In this document: in pieces, positions 19,693 to 29,505 of the stretch
How positions within the stretch are numbered: position 1 is the first letter of the stretch
How the letters are laid out: every line of letters starts with the position of its first letter
Source of the DNA: an uncultured SAR86 cluster bacterium
GTDB taxonomy: Bacteria > Pseudomonadota > Gammaproteobacteria > Magnimaribacterales > AG-339-G14
Assembly: GCA_902524805.1 (NCBI GenBank)
Contig: CABZES010000002.1
Location: 29,528-93,527 of the forward strand
Direction of reading: 5' to 3'
Length of the DNA stretch: 64,000 nt
Program-made: the position numbers and the translations under genes
The notes under the pieces: generated by a model
Told to the model about the DNA's origin: nothing
The model's input: only the letters and a program-made list of their open reading frames with translations
Database searches by the model: none

Positions 19693-21083
19693 TGAAAAAC
19701 TTAGGTATTTATTTTTCCATTTTCATATTATTTTTTGTTTCTTTAAATATTTCAGCTCAAGAAAAAAAACAAGAATATAACTTCCCCGGATTTACATTAA
19801 AAAAGTGTCTTGCTGATTATGAGATAAAAAAATCTAATGCAAGAAGAGTAGCCAAACTCCCAAGCAGAGCAGCTCAAAAATATTTAAAAACTCTTTATCC
19901 TGCTCTAGAAGAAGATGATTTGGTTCTTGCTAAAGAAATTTTGGATAGAATGAACACTGATAAAGATATCTCCGAAACAGACAAAGCTCAGATGTACTAC
20001 TATTATGCATATGTTTATTTCAGTGAAGATAACTTAAGAAAGGCTAAACAATCTTACAAATCTTTTCTTCAAATTGAGGAAGCTGATCCAAGATTAAAAT
20101 CAAATGTAATTTTCAGCTTGGCCCAAATTGCTTATACGGAAGAAAAATATAAAGAAGCAATCAAACAATTAAAAGAATGGCTAACCATAGAAGCTAATCC
20201 TAGCTCTACCGGATTTGATATTATTGCTGCATCTCACTGGCAATTAAAAAATAAAAAACTAGCACTAAAAAATGCAGAAGCTGGCCTGTGCGTTGCTAAA
20301 GCAAATAAATCTAAACCTAGAGAATCAACCTACAATCTTCTTTTAGCCCTATACAACGAAGATGGAAAAACAAAAAAAATGTTGGAATTGTATGAGGAAT
20401 TAGTAATTTTCCATCCGAAGAAGAAGTACTGGACTCAATTATCAGGTATTTATGGAGAACTAAAGCAAGAAAGTAATCAGCTCACAGCTTTAGAAGCAGC
20501 ATTTGACCAAGAATTATTAGATAAAAAAAATGAATATACTGCTTTATATCAATTATTGATGAGAGCAGAAGCGCCATATAAAGCTGCAAAAGTTATGGAT
20601 TATGGTATTAAAAAAGGCTTCGTAAAAGATGATGAAAAGAACTTAAAAATGCTTGCTCAAGGCTGGCATATGGCTCAAGAATTAGAAATTGCAGAACCAA
20701 TCTATGAAAAAGCTGCAAAAAAATCAGAAGAAGGAGAGTTGTATGTCTTTCTTGGACAAATTTATCTTGCAACTGATAGATACGAATTAGCTAAAGAAAC
20801 TTTAAAACTAGGATTAAAAAAAGGAAAACTTAAAGATCCTGTTACGGTGAATATCCTTTTAGGACAGGTTTCTTATGAACAACAAAATTTTGTAGATGCG
20901 ACTAAATTTTTTAGAACAGCTTTAGATAGACTTACTGATTTAAAAATTAAAGATAAAAAACTTTTAGAGAAAAGGCAGGATAAACTTAGAGCTCAAGCCC
21001 TAACTTGGCTTACGTATACTGAAAAAGAGGCAAAAAGAGTCAAGACTTTAGAGTTAAGAAGAAAAGACTTAGAAGAAAGCTAA
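19692..21083 (+). CDS. Secreted tetratricopeptide-repeat protein (TtpD-like)
   Basis: Signal peptide, TPR-like helices, KYWTQL and PYKAA; last gene of the TonB2-type operon. Confidence 0.85.
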   Translation: MKNLGIYFSIFILFFVSLNISAQEKKQEYNFPGFTLKKCLADYEIKKSNARRVAKLPSRAAQKYLKTLYPALEEDDLVLAKEILDRMNTDKDISETDKAQMYYYYAYVYFSEDNLRKAKQSYKSFLQIEEADPRLKSNVIFSLAQIAYTEEKYKEAIKQLKEWLTIEANPSSTGFDIIAASHWQLKNKKLALKNAEAGLCVAKANKSKPRESTYNLLLALYNEDGKTKKMLELYEELVIFHPKKKYWTQLSGIYGELKQESNQLTALEAAFDQELLDKKNEYTALYQLLMRAEAPYKAAKVMDYGIKKGFVKDDEKNLKMLAQGWHMAQELEIAEPIYEKAAKKSEEGELYVFLGQIYLATDRYELAKETLKLGLKKGKLKDPVTVNILLGQVSYEQQNFVDATKFFRTALDRLTDLKIKDKKLLEKRQDKLRAQALTWLTYTEKEAKRVKTLELRRKDLEES

Positions 21084-21568
21084 GCTTTCCTCGAATATTC
21101 AATTAATTTGCATTTAATATTGCTTTTTTCGTCAAAAAAATTTTCTTCTTTTTCAATCTGCCAAAGATCCCAATTAATATCAGGAAAAAAAGCATCCCCA
21201 TCAAAATCTTTTAAAATTCGAGTTATTGCCAATGAATTTGCAACAGGCTCAAATAATTCATAAATATTAGAACCCCCTATTACATAAACATCTTCGTTTG
21301 ATTCTTTTATAAGTTCCAAAGCATCATCAAAATTGTTTATTACTTTTATCCCTTCCCGCTCAAAGTTTTCGTCTTTAGTCATTACAATATTTTGTCTATT
21401 AGGTAATGGCCTTCCGATAGAGTCAAAGGTTTTCCGGCCCATAAGAATAGTATGTCCTGATGTCATTTGTTTAAATCTTTTAAGATCTTCAGGAATATTC
21501 CAAGGTAAAGAATTTTCTTTGCCAATAACATTATTAGAGGCAATCGCTGCGACAAGAGTAATTTTCAT
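21080..21568 (-). CDS. folA: Dihydrofolate reductase
   Basis: VIGKENSLPW, MGRKTFDS, PLPNR, IGG and GDAFFP. Confidence 0.97.
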   Translation of the reverse strand: MKITLVAAIASNNVIGKENSLPWNIPEDLKRFKQMTSGHTILMGRKTFDSIGRPLPNRQNIVMTKDENFEREGIKVINNFDDALELIKESNEDVYVIGGSNIYELFEPVANSLAITRILKDFDGDAFFPDINWDLWQIEKEENFFDEKSNIKCKLIEYSRKA

Positions 21569-22362
21569 TAAACAGCTATTGGGGCAGATATAGCAGGATG
21601 ACTTTCATAGTTTATAATTTCTATATCCTCAAATTTAAAGTCAAAAATATTATCAACATTAGAACTTAACTTTAATTCGGGAAGCCCCATTGTTTCTCTA
21701 GATAATTGAAGTTTTGCTTGCTCTAGATGATTGATATATAAATGCGCATCTCCAAGAGTATGAACAAATTTTCCAGCTTTTAAGTTACAAACCTGAGCTA
21801 TCATGTGCGTTAAAAGAGCATAAGAGGCAATATTAAATGGAACTCCTAAAAAAATATCTGCACTTCTTTGATATAGCTGACAAGAAAGCTCTCCATTAGC
21901 AACATAAAATTGAAAAAGAGAATGACATGGCGGAAGAGCCATTTCATTTACCAAGGCAGGATTCCAAGCACTAACAATATGCCTTCGCGAATCTGGATTA
22001 TTATTAATTCCATTAATTAAATTTTCAATTTGATCTATTGTTCCATTGTTTCCATCTGGCCAGGAGCGCCATTGAGCACCATATACCGGACCTAAATCTC
22101 CATTCTCGTCTGCCCATTCATCCCATATGGATACCCCATTCTCTTTTAGGTAAGAAATATTAGTCGAGCCTTGAAGAAACCAAATTAACTCATGGATGAT
22201 GGACTTTAGGTGTACTTTTTTAGTCGTGACTAAGGGAAATCCTTTGGAAAGGTCAAATTTCATTTGGTGACCAAAAATACTTAAAGTTCCTGTGCCAGTT
22301 CGATCAGATTTTTCCTGACCTTCATCTAAAACTTTTTGCATTAAATCAAGATACTGTTTCAT
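21568..22362 (-). CDS. thyA: Thymidylate synthase
   Basis: DRTGTGT, MALPPCH and [14 protein letters not shown]. Confidence 0.98.
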   Translation of the reverse strand: MKQYLDLMQKVLDEGQEKSDRTGTGTLSIFGHQMKFDLSKGFPLVTTKKVHLKSIIHELIWFLQGSTNISYLKENGVSIWDEWADENGDLGPVYGAQWRSWPDGNNGTIDQIENLINGINNNPDSRRHIVSAWNPALVNEMALPPCHSLFQFYVANGELSCQLYQRSADIFLGVPFNIASYALLTHMIAQVCNLKAGKFVHTLGDAHLYINHLEQAKLQLSRETMGLPELKLSSNVDNIFDFKFEDIEIINYESHPAISAPIAV

Positions 22363-23149
22363 TTTCTTTCTTTTTACTTAAGAAGATTAATATTAAGCCA
22401 GCTAAGACCATAGGAATGGAAAGTAATTGACCCCTAGTGATTATATCTAAAAAATCAAAACCTATATGGGCATCTGGCATTCTAAAGCTTTCAGTGAATA
22501 TTCTAAATGAACCATAAAGAGTTAAGAACATTCCAGATATAAACATTCTTGGCCTAGGTTTCTTCGAAAGCCAATTTAAAATAACAAAAAGTACAAGTCC
22601 TTCAAAGAAAGCTTGATAAAGTTGAGAGGGGTGCCTTGCCAACTGAAGCGAATCACTCCAAAATATCGTTCCCCATGGCAAATCAGTTGGCCTGCCAATT
22701 AATTCTCCGCCTAAGAAATTTCCAATCCTAACAAGACCAAGGCCAATTGGAAATGCCAATGCAATGTGATCAGCAAGATCAAAGAAATTGATCTTAAGTT
22801 TTTTTGAAAATATAAAAAAAGAAGTTAGAACTCCTAAAAATCCGCCATGAAATGATAAACCTCCTTCCCAAACCCTAATTATAGATAATGGATCAATTAA
22901 TAATTGGTTGGTCCCATAAAAAAACATGTAACCTAGTCTGCCTCCAATAATTGCTCCTAAAACACCATAAAATAAAAAATCTTCCACATCATTTTCTTTA
23001 AGAGGATTTTTTTCAGTTACGATTTTTTTCGAATACCACAGAATACCAAATATAGCTAAAAGCCATGTTATGCCGTACCAATGTATAGGCCACCATCCTA
23101 TTAAAGGAATAGGTATATAAAAAGCTACAGGGTCAATATTTACAATCAT
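22346..23149 (-). CDS. lgt: Prolipoprotein diacylglyceryl transferase
   Basis: [29 protein letters not shown] and GQLLS. Confidence 0.96.
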   Translation of the reverse strand: MIVNIDPVAFYIPIPLIGWWPIHWYGITWLLAIFGILWYSKKIVTEKNPLKENDVEDFLFYGVLGAIIGGRLGYMFFYGTNQLLIDPLSIIRVWEGGLSFHGGFLGVLTSFFIFSKKLKINFFDLADHIALAFPIGLGLVRIGNFLGGELIGRPTDLPWGTIFWSDSLQLARHPSQLYQAFFEGLVLFVILNWLSKKPRPRMFISGMFLTLYGSFRIFTESFRMPDAHIGFDFLDIITRGQLLSIPMVLAGLILIFLSKKKENETVS

Positions 23150-23946
23150 ATAAAGGTAATATAAATAATTCTTAAGGCAACCAATATAACCAATACAGAA
23201 AAAGCAAGTTTTAAGGAATTGCCATCAATCCTATTTGAGATATTTGCACCTAACCTGGCAAAGTAAATACTCGATATTCCAGCTACTAAAATTGCAGGTA
23301 TAAATACAGATCCATAAACATAATCTATTTGATTTAATTTATCTGGAGCGAACAAAAGAGCTCCTATTAATCCAGAAATGGCAAAAAAGAAACCCATCAA
23401 AGAAGAAGTTCCGATGGCTTCATGTATTTTTAAACCTCTAAATTGAAAATAAGGTACCATTAAAATTCCACCACCGATTCCAACAAAAGAGGTAATTAAC
23501 GCAATAAATCCACCAACTAAGAATAATTCAATTTTATTTATAGATTTATTAATATTTTTTGGGGAAAAATCAAACACAAGTTGAATTGCTGCTAACAACA
23601 TTGATATGGCAATAATAATTTGCAAGGTAGAGCTTTCAATATTTGCAGCTACATATCTTCCAAAAATAGTTGCAGTGATCGCTGCCAAAAACATATATTT
23701 TATTACTTCAAGATTTATATTCTTGTTTTTGTAATGGGTATAGGAAGCCATAGGTATAGTAATTGCCATTGTTCCCATTGAAGAGCCAGTTGCCAGTAAA
23801 GGAATAATTTCAGGTGGAAAATTTAAATAATTGAAAAGAAAAATATATGCTGGTACTAAAATAATACCGCTACCGATACCAAAAAAACCAGACAATAGTC
23901 CAGCAAATATTCCTAGTAAAATTAATGGGATAAGGGTTTCTATCAT
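23146..23946 (-). CDS. TauE/SafE (TSUP) family membrane protein
   Basis: Repeated GFFGIGSG / SFVGIGGG motifs, AIGTS, about 8 TM segments. Confidence 0.88.
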   Translation of the reverse strand: MIETLIPLILLGIFAGLLSGFFGIGSGIILVPAYIFLFNYLNFPPEIIPLLATGSSMGTMAITIPMASYTHYKNKNINLEVIKYMFLAAITATIFGRYVAANIESSTLQIIIAISMLLAAIQLVFDFSPKNINKSINKIELFLVGGFIALITSFVGIGGGILMVPYFQFRGLKIHEAIGTSSLMGFFFAISGLIGALLFAPDKLNQIDYVYGSVFIPAILVAGISSIYFARLGANISNRIDGNSLKLAFSVLVILVALRIIYITFI

Positions 23947-23999
23947 GAATAGTCATTATCGCTTATCTCTGACCTCTGTTAAACTTAAGTTTTCCAATT

Positions 24000-24761
24000 A
24001 TGTGTTTAATCCTGCTTGCTAAAGAGCCATCTGACGAGTACAAATTTGTAATGGCGTCTAATCGGGACGAATTTTATTCTCGTCCAACTAAGTCAGCCCA
24101 TTGGTGGGAAAATCCTTCAGATCTTTTAGCTGGAAAAGACTTAGAACAGGGGGGTACCTGGATGGGTATTTCAAAAAAAGGAAAGTTTGCAGCTGTGACA
24201 AACGTTAGAGATTTTTACACAAAAGACTATTTAGAGAAAAATTTCTTATCAAGAGGAAACTTAGTTAGAAATTTTTTTACTTCAGATATAGACGCCGATG
24301 AATATCTAAATTCTTTGGATTATAAAAATTATTTAGGATTTAATTTGGTTTTATATAATCAAGATAAAATAAATATTTGTTCTTCTCGAGGAAAAGAAAT
24401 TATCAAAGAAAAAGATAAAATTTTTGCTATAGGAAATAAAGCATTTGGAACAAGCTCAAACAAATTAGATTCAGCAAAAAAAGAGTTTGATCAAATTTTA
24501 AATACAAATTTTACTAATGAAGATTTATTAAATCTTATGCAATCTCCTCAAGAGTCATATGATTTCGATCAAAAAAAAATAAATGAAAATCATGGTAATG
24601 AATTTTCTGCTAGATTTATACATTCACTAATATATGGAACTAGATCCACAACAGTCATGACTATTGATAGAAATAACCACATTGAAATTAAGGAACAGTT
24701 GTATGATCAAAATGGAAAAATAGGACAAGAAAAAGAATTTAAATTTAAAGTTTCATTATGA
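24000..24761 (+). CDS. NRDE family (TANGO2-like) Ntn-hydrolase protein
   Basis: MCL N-terminus, NRDEF, GGTW, SRG and YGTRS. Confidence 0.92.
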   Translation: MCLILLAKEPSDEYKFVMASNRDEFYSRPTKSAHWWENPSDLLAGKDLEQGGTWMGISKKGKFAAVTNVRDFYTKDYLEKNFLSRGNLVRNFFTSDIDADEYLNSLDYKNYLGFNLVLYNQDKINICSSRGKEIIKEKDKIFAIGNKAFGTSSNKLDSAKKEFDQILNTNFTNEDLLNLMQSPQESYDFDQKKINENHGNEFSARFIHSLIYGTRSTTVMTIDRNNHIEIKEQLYDQNGKIGQEKEFKFKVSL

Positions 24762-25228
24762 AAGCAAATAAAGAAGGTTATAGACCAAATGTTGCAATGG
24801 TGGTGATAAATAGCATGAATAAAGTCTTAATCTGTAGAAGAAAAAATACTAGAACATGGCAATTTCCTCAAGGCGGGATTGATAATGGTGAAGACATAGA
24901 AAAAGCAATGTTTAGAGAGCTCTCTGAGGAAGTTGGTCTTAGCAAAGCCGATGTAAGTTTAGTCGGCGAATCTGAGGGTACAATCACTTACGATATTCCA
25001 AAAACAATAAGGTCTAAAGTTTTGGGAGGTAAATTTAAAGGACAAGAGCAAAAATGGTTTCTTCTTAGGATAAAGAAAGATAATACTGAAATAAAATTAG
25101 ATAATGAGGCTTTTCCTGAATTTGATAAGTATGAATGGGTATCCTTTTGGCAGCCGCTAAACAGGATAGTAGATTTTAAAAGAGAGGCTTATCGAGAAGC
25201 TTTAAGCGAATTAAGATTTTTGATATGA
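24758..25228 (+). CDS. rppH: RNA pyrophosphohydrolase RppH
   Basis: GYRPNV, WQFPQGGI, RELSEEVG, GQEQKWF, PEFD and VDFKR. Confidence 0.95.
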   Translation: MKANKEGYRPNVAMVVINSMNKVLICRRKNTRTWQFPQGGIDNGEDIEKAMFRELSEEVGLSKADVSLVGESEGTITYDIPKTIRSKVLGGKFKGQEQKWFLLRIKKDNTEIKLDNEAFPEFDKYEWVSFWQPLNRIVDFKREAYREALSELRFLI

Positions 25229-25872
25229 AAACAGTTATTTATGATTTAGATGACACTTTGCTCGCTGGAGATAGTGAATTTAGGTGGGCTGAATTTACTA
25301 TAAAAAAAGGGTTTATAAGTAAGGACTTATATTTAGAAAAGATTAATGAATTTGAAATTGATTACAGAGCTAGAAATATGGACTTTGAAGCTTATTGTAA
25401 ATTTCTTTTGAACCCATTAATCGGCAAATCTTCAGAAGAAATTAGTTTGCTTGTCGATGAATTTATAAATGAATATAAAGAAGTTTTGATAGATGCTTTA
25501 TCTTATGACTTATTGGAAAGACATAAAAATGATAGAAAAATAATTGCATCGGGCTCGTTGAATTTTATTGTGAAAGGGTTTTCAAAATTTTTTTCTATTG
25601 ATACTTTTTTTGGAACTCCTTTGGAGTTAAAAAATAACGAAGTCACAGGTAATCTAGATGGAGTTCCAACCTTTGCTGAGGGCAAATTATCAACTATGCA
25701 AAAATGGAGCGAAGAAAATAACTATCAACTAAACGAAGCAATTTTTTATACAGACTCCATCAATGACTTGCCGCTCGTAAAAGCTTGCAAACATAGTATT
25801 ATTATTTCTCCAGATAAAGAATTGGAGAAATATGCTAAAGAAAATTCTTTAGAAATCATATACAGGCGATAG
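25225..25872 (+). CDS. HAD-IB family hydrolase (SerB-like; possibly histidinol phosphatase)
   Basis: DLDDTL, ASGS, GK and FYTDSINDLP. Confidence 0.85.
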   Translation: MKTVIYDLDDTLLAGDSEFRWAEFTIKKGFISKDLYLEKINEFEIDYRARNMDFEAYCKFLLNPLIGKSSEEISLLVDEFINEYKEVLIDALSYDLLERHKNDRKIIASGSLNFIVKGFSKFFSIDTFFGTPLELKNNEVTGNLDGVPTFAEGKLSTMQKWSEENNYQLNEAIFYTDSINDLPLVKACKHSIIISPDKELEKYAKENSLEIIYRR

Positions 25873-25884
25873 CGAATTAAGAAA

Positions 25885-27096
25885 ATGGATAGAGCAGCAT
25901 TAAAAATAAAATACGATAATTTTAAAAAGATGAATCTCGACCTTGATCTAACAAGAGGAAAACCTTCAGTGGATCAATTAAACCTTTCAAATCCCTTGAT
26001 GTCTAATCTGCAGAATCAAAAAGATTTTAAAGTAGAAAAAATAGACATAAGAAATTATGGAGAAATTGATGGACTTCCATCAGCAAAGAAAATTGGTTCT
26101 CTTTTACTTGATCTAAAACCTAAAAATATTGTTGCTAATGGCACTAGCAGCTTAAATTTGACTGCGATTATGTTGCAAACCCTTTTCTTCAAAGGCAATG
26201 GCAACGGTCCATGGAAAGATAAAAAAAAGATTTCAATTATTTGTCCAGTTCCAGGTTATGACAGACATTTTTCTCTTTTCAATGAAATGGGAATAAAAAT
26301 GATAAATGTGTCATTAACTGGGAAAGGCCCAAATATGGACGAAGTTGAAGAAATTGTAAAAAAAGATAAGAGCGTTAGAGGAATAATTTGTGTTCCTAAA
26401 CACTCAAATCCAACTGGCGAAACATATTCTAAAGAGACAATAGTAAGGTTGGCTAAATTACCAAAAAAAACTAGCAATAAAGATTTTATGATTTTCTACG
26501 ATAACGCTTATGCAGTTCATGATTTTAGTAAATCTCCTAAATTGATAAATATTTTTAAACAATGTGAAAAATTTAAGACTACGAATAATATTGCTTTATT
26601 TGCAAGCACAAGCAAAATAACTTTCGCTGGCTCGGGGATTGCTTTTGTCGGCGGTTCAAAGAAAACGCTGGAAAATTTCCTCTCTTACTTAGAAAAAATA
26701 ATAGTAGGTTCGGATAAAATAAATCAGGCTAGACACGTAAAATTTCTAAAAGATTCTAAAACTTTAAATCTTCACATGTCCAATCTTTCCTTGCTGATTA
26801 GACCAAAATTTGAAATTGTTGAAAGGTATTTATCTACATTACCTAAAGATATAGCTAGTTGGAGTTCCCCAACTGGAGGTTATTTTGTTTCATTTGATTC
26901 TAAACCTGGCAAAGCGCAAAAAATCTATAAATTATGTTCTGATGCAGGATTAAAACTCACTCCAGTTGGTGCTACTTTTCCTTATAAAAAAGATCCAAAT
27001 AATCAGAATATTAGAATTGCTCCTACTCAAGTAAAAACTTCAGATCTAAAAAAAGCTATGGATTTATTTGTTACTGCTGTTCAGTTAGCAAACTAA
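25885..27096 (+). CDS. PLP-dependent aspartate aminotransferase, Rv3722c/Corynebacterium AspT-like family
   Basis: LDLTRGKPS, RNYG, CPVPGYDRHF, SNPTG, DNAYAVH, STSKITFAG and NIRIAP. Confidence 0.88.
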   Translation: MDRAALKIKYDNFKKMNLDLDLTRGKPSVDQLNLSNPLMSNLQNQKDFKVEKIDIRNYGEIDGLPSAKKIGSLLLDLKPKNIVANGTSSLNLTAIMLQTLFFKGNGNGPWKDKKKISIICPVPGYDRHFSLFNEMGIKMINVSLTGKGPNMDEVEEIVKKDKSVRGIICVPKHSNPTGETYSKETIVRLAKLPKKTSNKDFMIFYDNAYAVHDFSKSPKLINIFKQCEKFKTTNNIALFASTSKITFAGSGIAFVGGSKKTLENFLSYLEKIIVGSDKINQARHVKFLKDSKTLNLHMSNLSLLIRPKFEIVERYLSTLPKDIASWSSPTGGYFVSFDSKPGKAQKIYKLCSDAGLKLTPVGATFPYKKDPNNQNIRIAPTQVKTSDLKKAMDLFVTAVQLAN

Positions 27097-27425
27097 TTTC
27101 TGACGCCTTGAAGGATTTCGTAAGAATTATCTTTGAAAGGCCCAAAATTACTTGATACGTCAGGGTGAGAAACTGGTTCGTTAGAAATATCTGCTAAAAG
27201 ATTTTGTTGAGAAACGTAAGCTGTATAAAAAACATCTTCGTTTTCTGCAAAGACATGATAGAAAGGCTGGTCTTTTTTTGGCCTTATTTGTGCTGGTATG
27301 CTTTGATACCATTCTTCTGTATTATTGAATTCTGGATCAACATCGAAAATCACACCGCGGAAGTCTAAGAATTTATGTCTGACTACTTGGCCAATGGCAA
27401 AGTTTGTCTCAATTATTTCTTTCAT
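27093..27425 (-). CDS. hspQ: Heat shock protein HspQ (YccV)
   Basis: FAIGQVVRH, RGVIFDVDPEF, RPKKDQPFYH, AYVSQQNL and HP. The start may be 27425 or 27437. Confidence 0.93.
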   Translation of the reverse strand: MKEIIETNFAIGQVVRHKFLDFRGVIFDVDPEFNNTEEWYQSIPAQIRPKKDQPFYHVFAENEDVFYTAYVSQQNLLADISNEPVSHPDVSSNFGPFKDNSYEILQGVRN

Positions 27426-27452
27426 GTTTATATTCATATCTTACACTACTTT

Positions 27453-27480
27453 ATCTGGTGACATAAAAAAAAAATTCAAG
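27453..27480 (-). promoter_or_regulatory. Candidate sigma-32 promoter of hspQ
   Basis: Minus strand reads CTTGAA-N14-CACCAGAT, against the consensus CTTGAA-N13/16-CCCCATNT; the spacer contains T10. Confidence 0.55.
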
Positions 27481-28528
27481 GCTTATGAGGAGCTTTTAGA
27501 TACTCTTTAGATTGCATTTCAATAAGCCTACTTACTGTTCTTTTATACTTCTCAAGCAGTTTATTATTTGTATACAAACTAGGAAAATCTGTTTCTGAAG
27601 AAACGATAACCTTTACTCTTCTGTCGTAACATTCATCTATTAGACTTATGAATCGTCTTGCCTGATCATCGGATTTAATAATTGGAATATTGGATATTAA
27701 AATATTATGAAATTCTTTCGCGAGCTCAATGAAGTCAGCTGAACTTCTAGGAGACGAGCAAATATCTCTGAAATCAAACCAAATTGTTCCTTCAGTGCTT
27801 TTAATAATATTTATCTCTCGCTCCAATATTTTAATAGAACCTTCATAGGTCTTTTTTGATTTCGACAAAACTTCAAATGCATTCTTCATACTTAGGTCTG
27901 ATTCGTCTCCTAAAGGCATAAAAGATAGTTTTGTTTTTTCTAATGTTCTTAGACGATAATCACTTTCAGAATTTAAAAAATAAATTTCACAATTATTTTC
28001 TATAGATTCTATTGCTGGAAGAAATAGTTTTCTTTGAAGGCCATTAGCATATAAATCTTTAGGTTCTATGTTTGACGTTGTAATTAGACAGACACCAGAG
28101 GCAAAAAGCTCAGTCATGAATTTGCCTAAGAGCATTGCGTCTCCTATGTCTTCAACAAAGAATTCATCAAAACAAAGAACTTTATATTTCTTAGCGAGTT
28201 CTTTTACGACCTTTTTAATAGGGTCTTTTTGACCTACTAGAGCATGCAGATCATTATGAAGGTTATTCATGAACCGGTGAAAATGAAGCCTTATTTTTTT
28301 CTTTGTCTTTAAATTATCAAAGAAAAGATCCATTATAAAAGTTTTTCCTCTTCCTACTTCTCCATGCACGTAAAGACTTTTTATATTTTGATTCTTTCTG
28401 AAACTAAAAATTTTTTTTGGTTTATCTATCTCCTCGATACGAGTTTCTAGTTTTTCTATTAATGAGATCTGAAAATTATCCAGCTCTATTTTTCCGTCTT
28501 CAACGGATTTTAGATAAGATTTTTTCAG
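27476..28528 (-). CDS. zapE: Cell division ATPase ZapE (AFG1 family), probable CTG start
   Basis: GEVGRGKT, RLHFH, LCFDEF, TSN, DYR, RRFISLID and RTVSRL. The frame stays open 53 codons upstream of the track's GTG, to a CTG that overlaps the upstream TGA. Confidence 0.9.
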   Translation of the reverse strand: MKKSYLKSVEDGKIELDNFQISLIEKLETRIEEIDKPKKIFSFRKNQNIKSLYVHGEVGRGKTFIMDLFFDNLKTKKKIRLHFHRFMNNLHNDLHALVGQKDPIKKVVKELAKKYKVLCFDEFFVEDIGDAMLLGKFMTELFASGVCLITTSNIEPKDLYANGLQRKLFLPAIESIENNCEIYFLNSESDYRLRTLEKTKLSFMPLGDESDLSMKNAFEVLSKSKKTYEGSIKILEREINIIKSTEGTIWFDFRDICSSPRSSADFIELAKEFHNILISNIPIIKSDDQARRFISLIDECYDRRVKVIVSSETDFPSLYTNNKLLEKYKRTVSRLIEMQSKEYLKAPHKP

Positions 28529-28812
28529 TTTACGCTTTTATGAACTGTTATTTGGGGAGCACCATCTAAAAAAGGAGCCAATGCCATCCCTAAAGTAGCA
28601 AAGTGTTCTGTTTGGGTATGATTTGCATGTGCTTCTTCTGATTGATAAAGCTCAATCATCATTATTGTTAAAGGGTCTTCAGTTTCATGCATTTCATAAT
28701 AAAAACAATCTGGCTCATTGCTTGCAACTGCTTCAACCAATTTTCCCATTGCTTCAATAAAATTATCTCTTTCCCCATCTTTAATTTTTAATTTAGCTAT
28801 TGCTCCAATCAT
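28525..28812 (-). CDS. Antibiotic biosynthesis monooxygenase (ABM) family protein
   Basis: NEPDC..Y...E.Y....AH.NH..TEHF pattern; start re-placed at ATG 28812 (AGAGGG SD). Confidence 0.85.
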   Translation of the reverse strand: MIGAIAKLKIKDGERDNFIEAMGKLVEAVASNEPDCFYYEMHETEDPLTIMMIELYQSEEAHANHTQTEHFATLGMALAPFLDGAPQITVHKSVN

Positions 28813-28884
28813 TTTTTCCCTCTTTTTGTTATTATAAATTTTAAACCTTTTAAGTATAAACATTATTCAGTGTTGGAGAAAACT

Positions 28885-29499
28885 ATGATTAAAATTTGGG
28901 GAACTGAGGCATCTAGAGCATTAAGGCCTATTTGGACAGCAGAAGAAATGGGCTTAGATTATGAATTAACGATGATGCCATTTCCACCAAGAGTCTTTAT
29001 GAAAGAATATTTAGATGTAAATATGCTTGGGACTATTCCTTATTTAACCGATGGTGATGTAAAAATGACTGAATCGGTAGCAATGTCTCAGTATTTAGTA
29101 GAAAAATATGGTCCTACTGATATTAGAGTTATGCCAGATGAACAAGATTATCCTTCATATTTGAACTGGCTTTATCATTCAGATGCGACATTAACTTTTC
29201 CTCAAACAGTTGTTCTAAGGTATAAGTTACAGGAGCCAGGTGTTGCAGATGCAGCAGTCGAAGGTTATAGCAGATGGTTCGTTTCTAGGTGCAAGTTACT
29301 TGAAACAGCTTTAGGAGATAGAGAATATTTATGTTCAAACCGTTTTACTATTGCCGATATTTGCGTAAGTTATGCTTTTGTTGTCGCAGAATCATTAGGT
29401 ATCCATCAGGCATTTAAACCAAACATTAAAAGATACACCGATATGCTTTTTGAAAGAGATGCGTTTAAAAAATCAAAAGCATTCAAATTTGAAGAATGA
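28885..29499 (+). CDS. Glutathione S-transferase
   Basis: SRALRPIW, N.LGTIPYL, TESVA and FTIADI; GGAG SD before ATG 28885. Confidence 0.9.
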   Translation: MIKIWGTEASRALRPIWTAEEMGLDYELTMMPFPPRVFMKEYLDVNMLGTIPYLTDGDVKMTESVAMSQYLVEKYGPTDIRVMPDEQDYPSYLNWLYHSDATLTFPQTVVLRYKLQEPGVADAAVEGYSRWFVSRCKLLETALGDREYLCSNRFTIADICVSYAFVVAESLGIHQAFKPNIKRYTDMLFERDAFKKSKAFKFEE

Positions 29500-29505
29500 A
29501 TAAGT

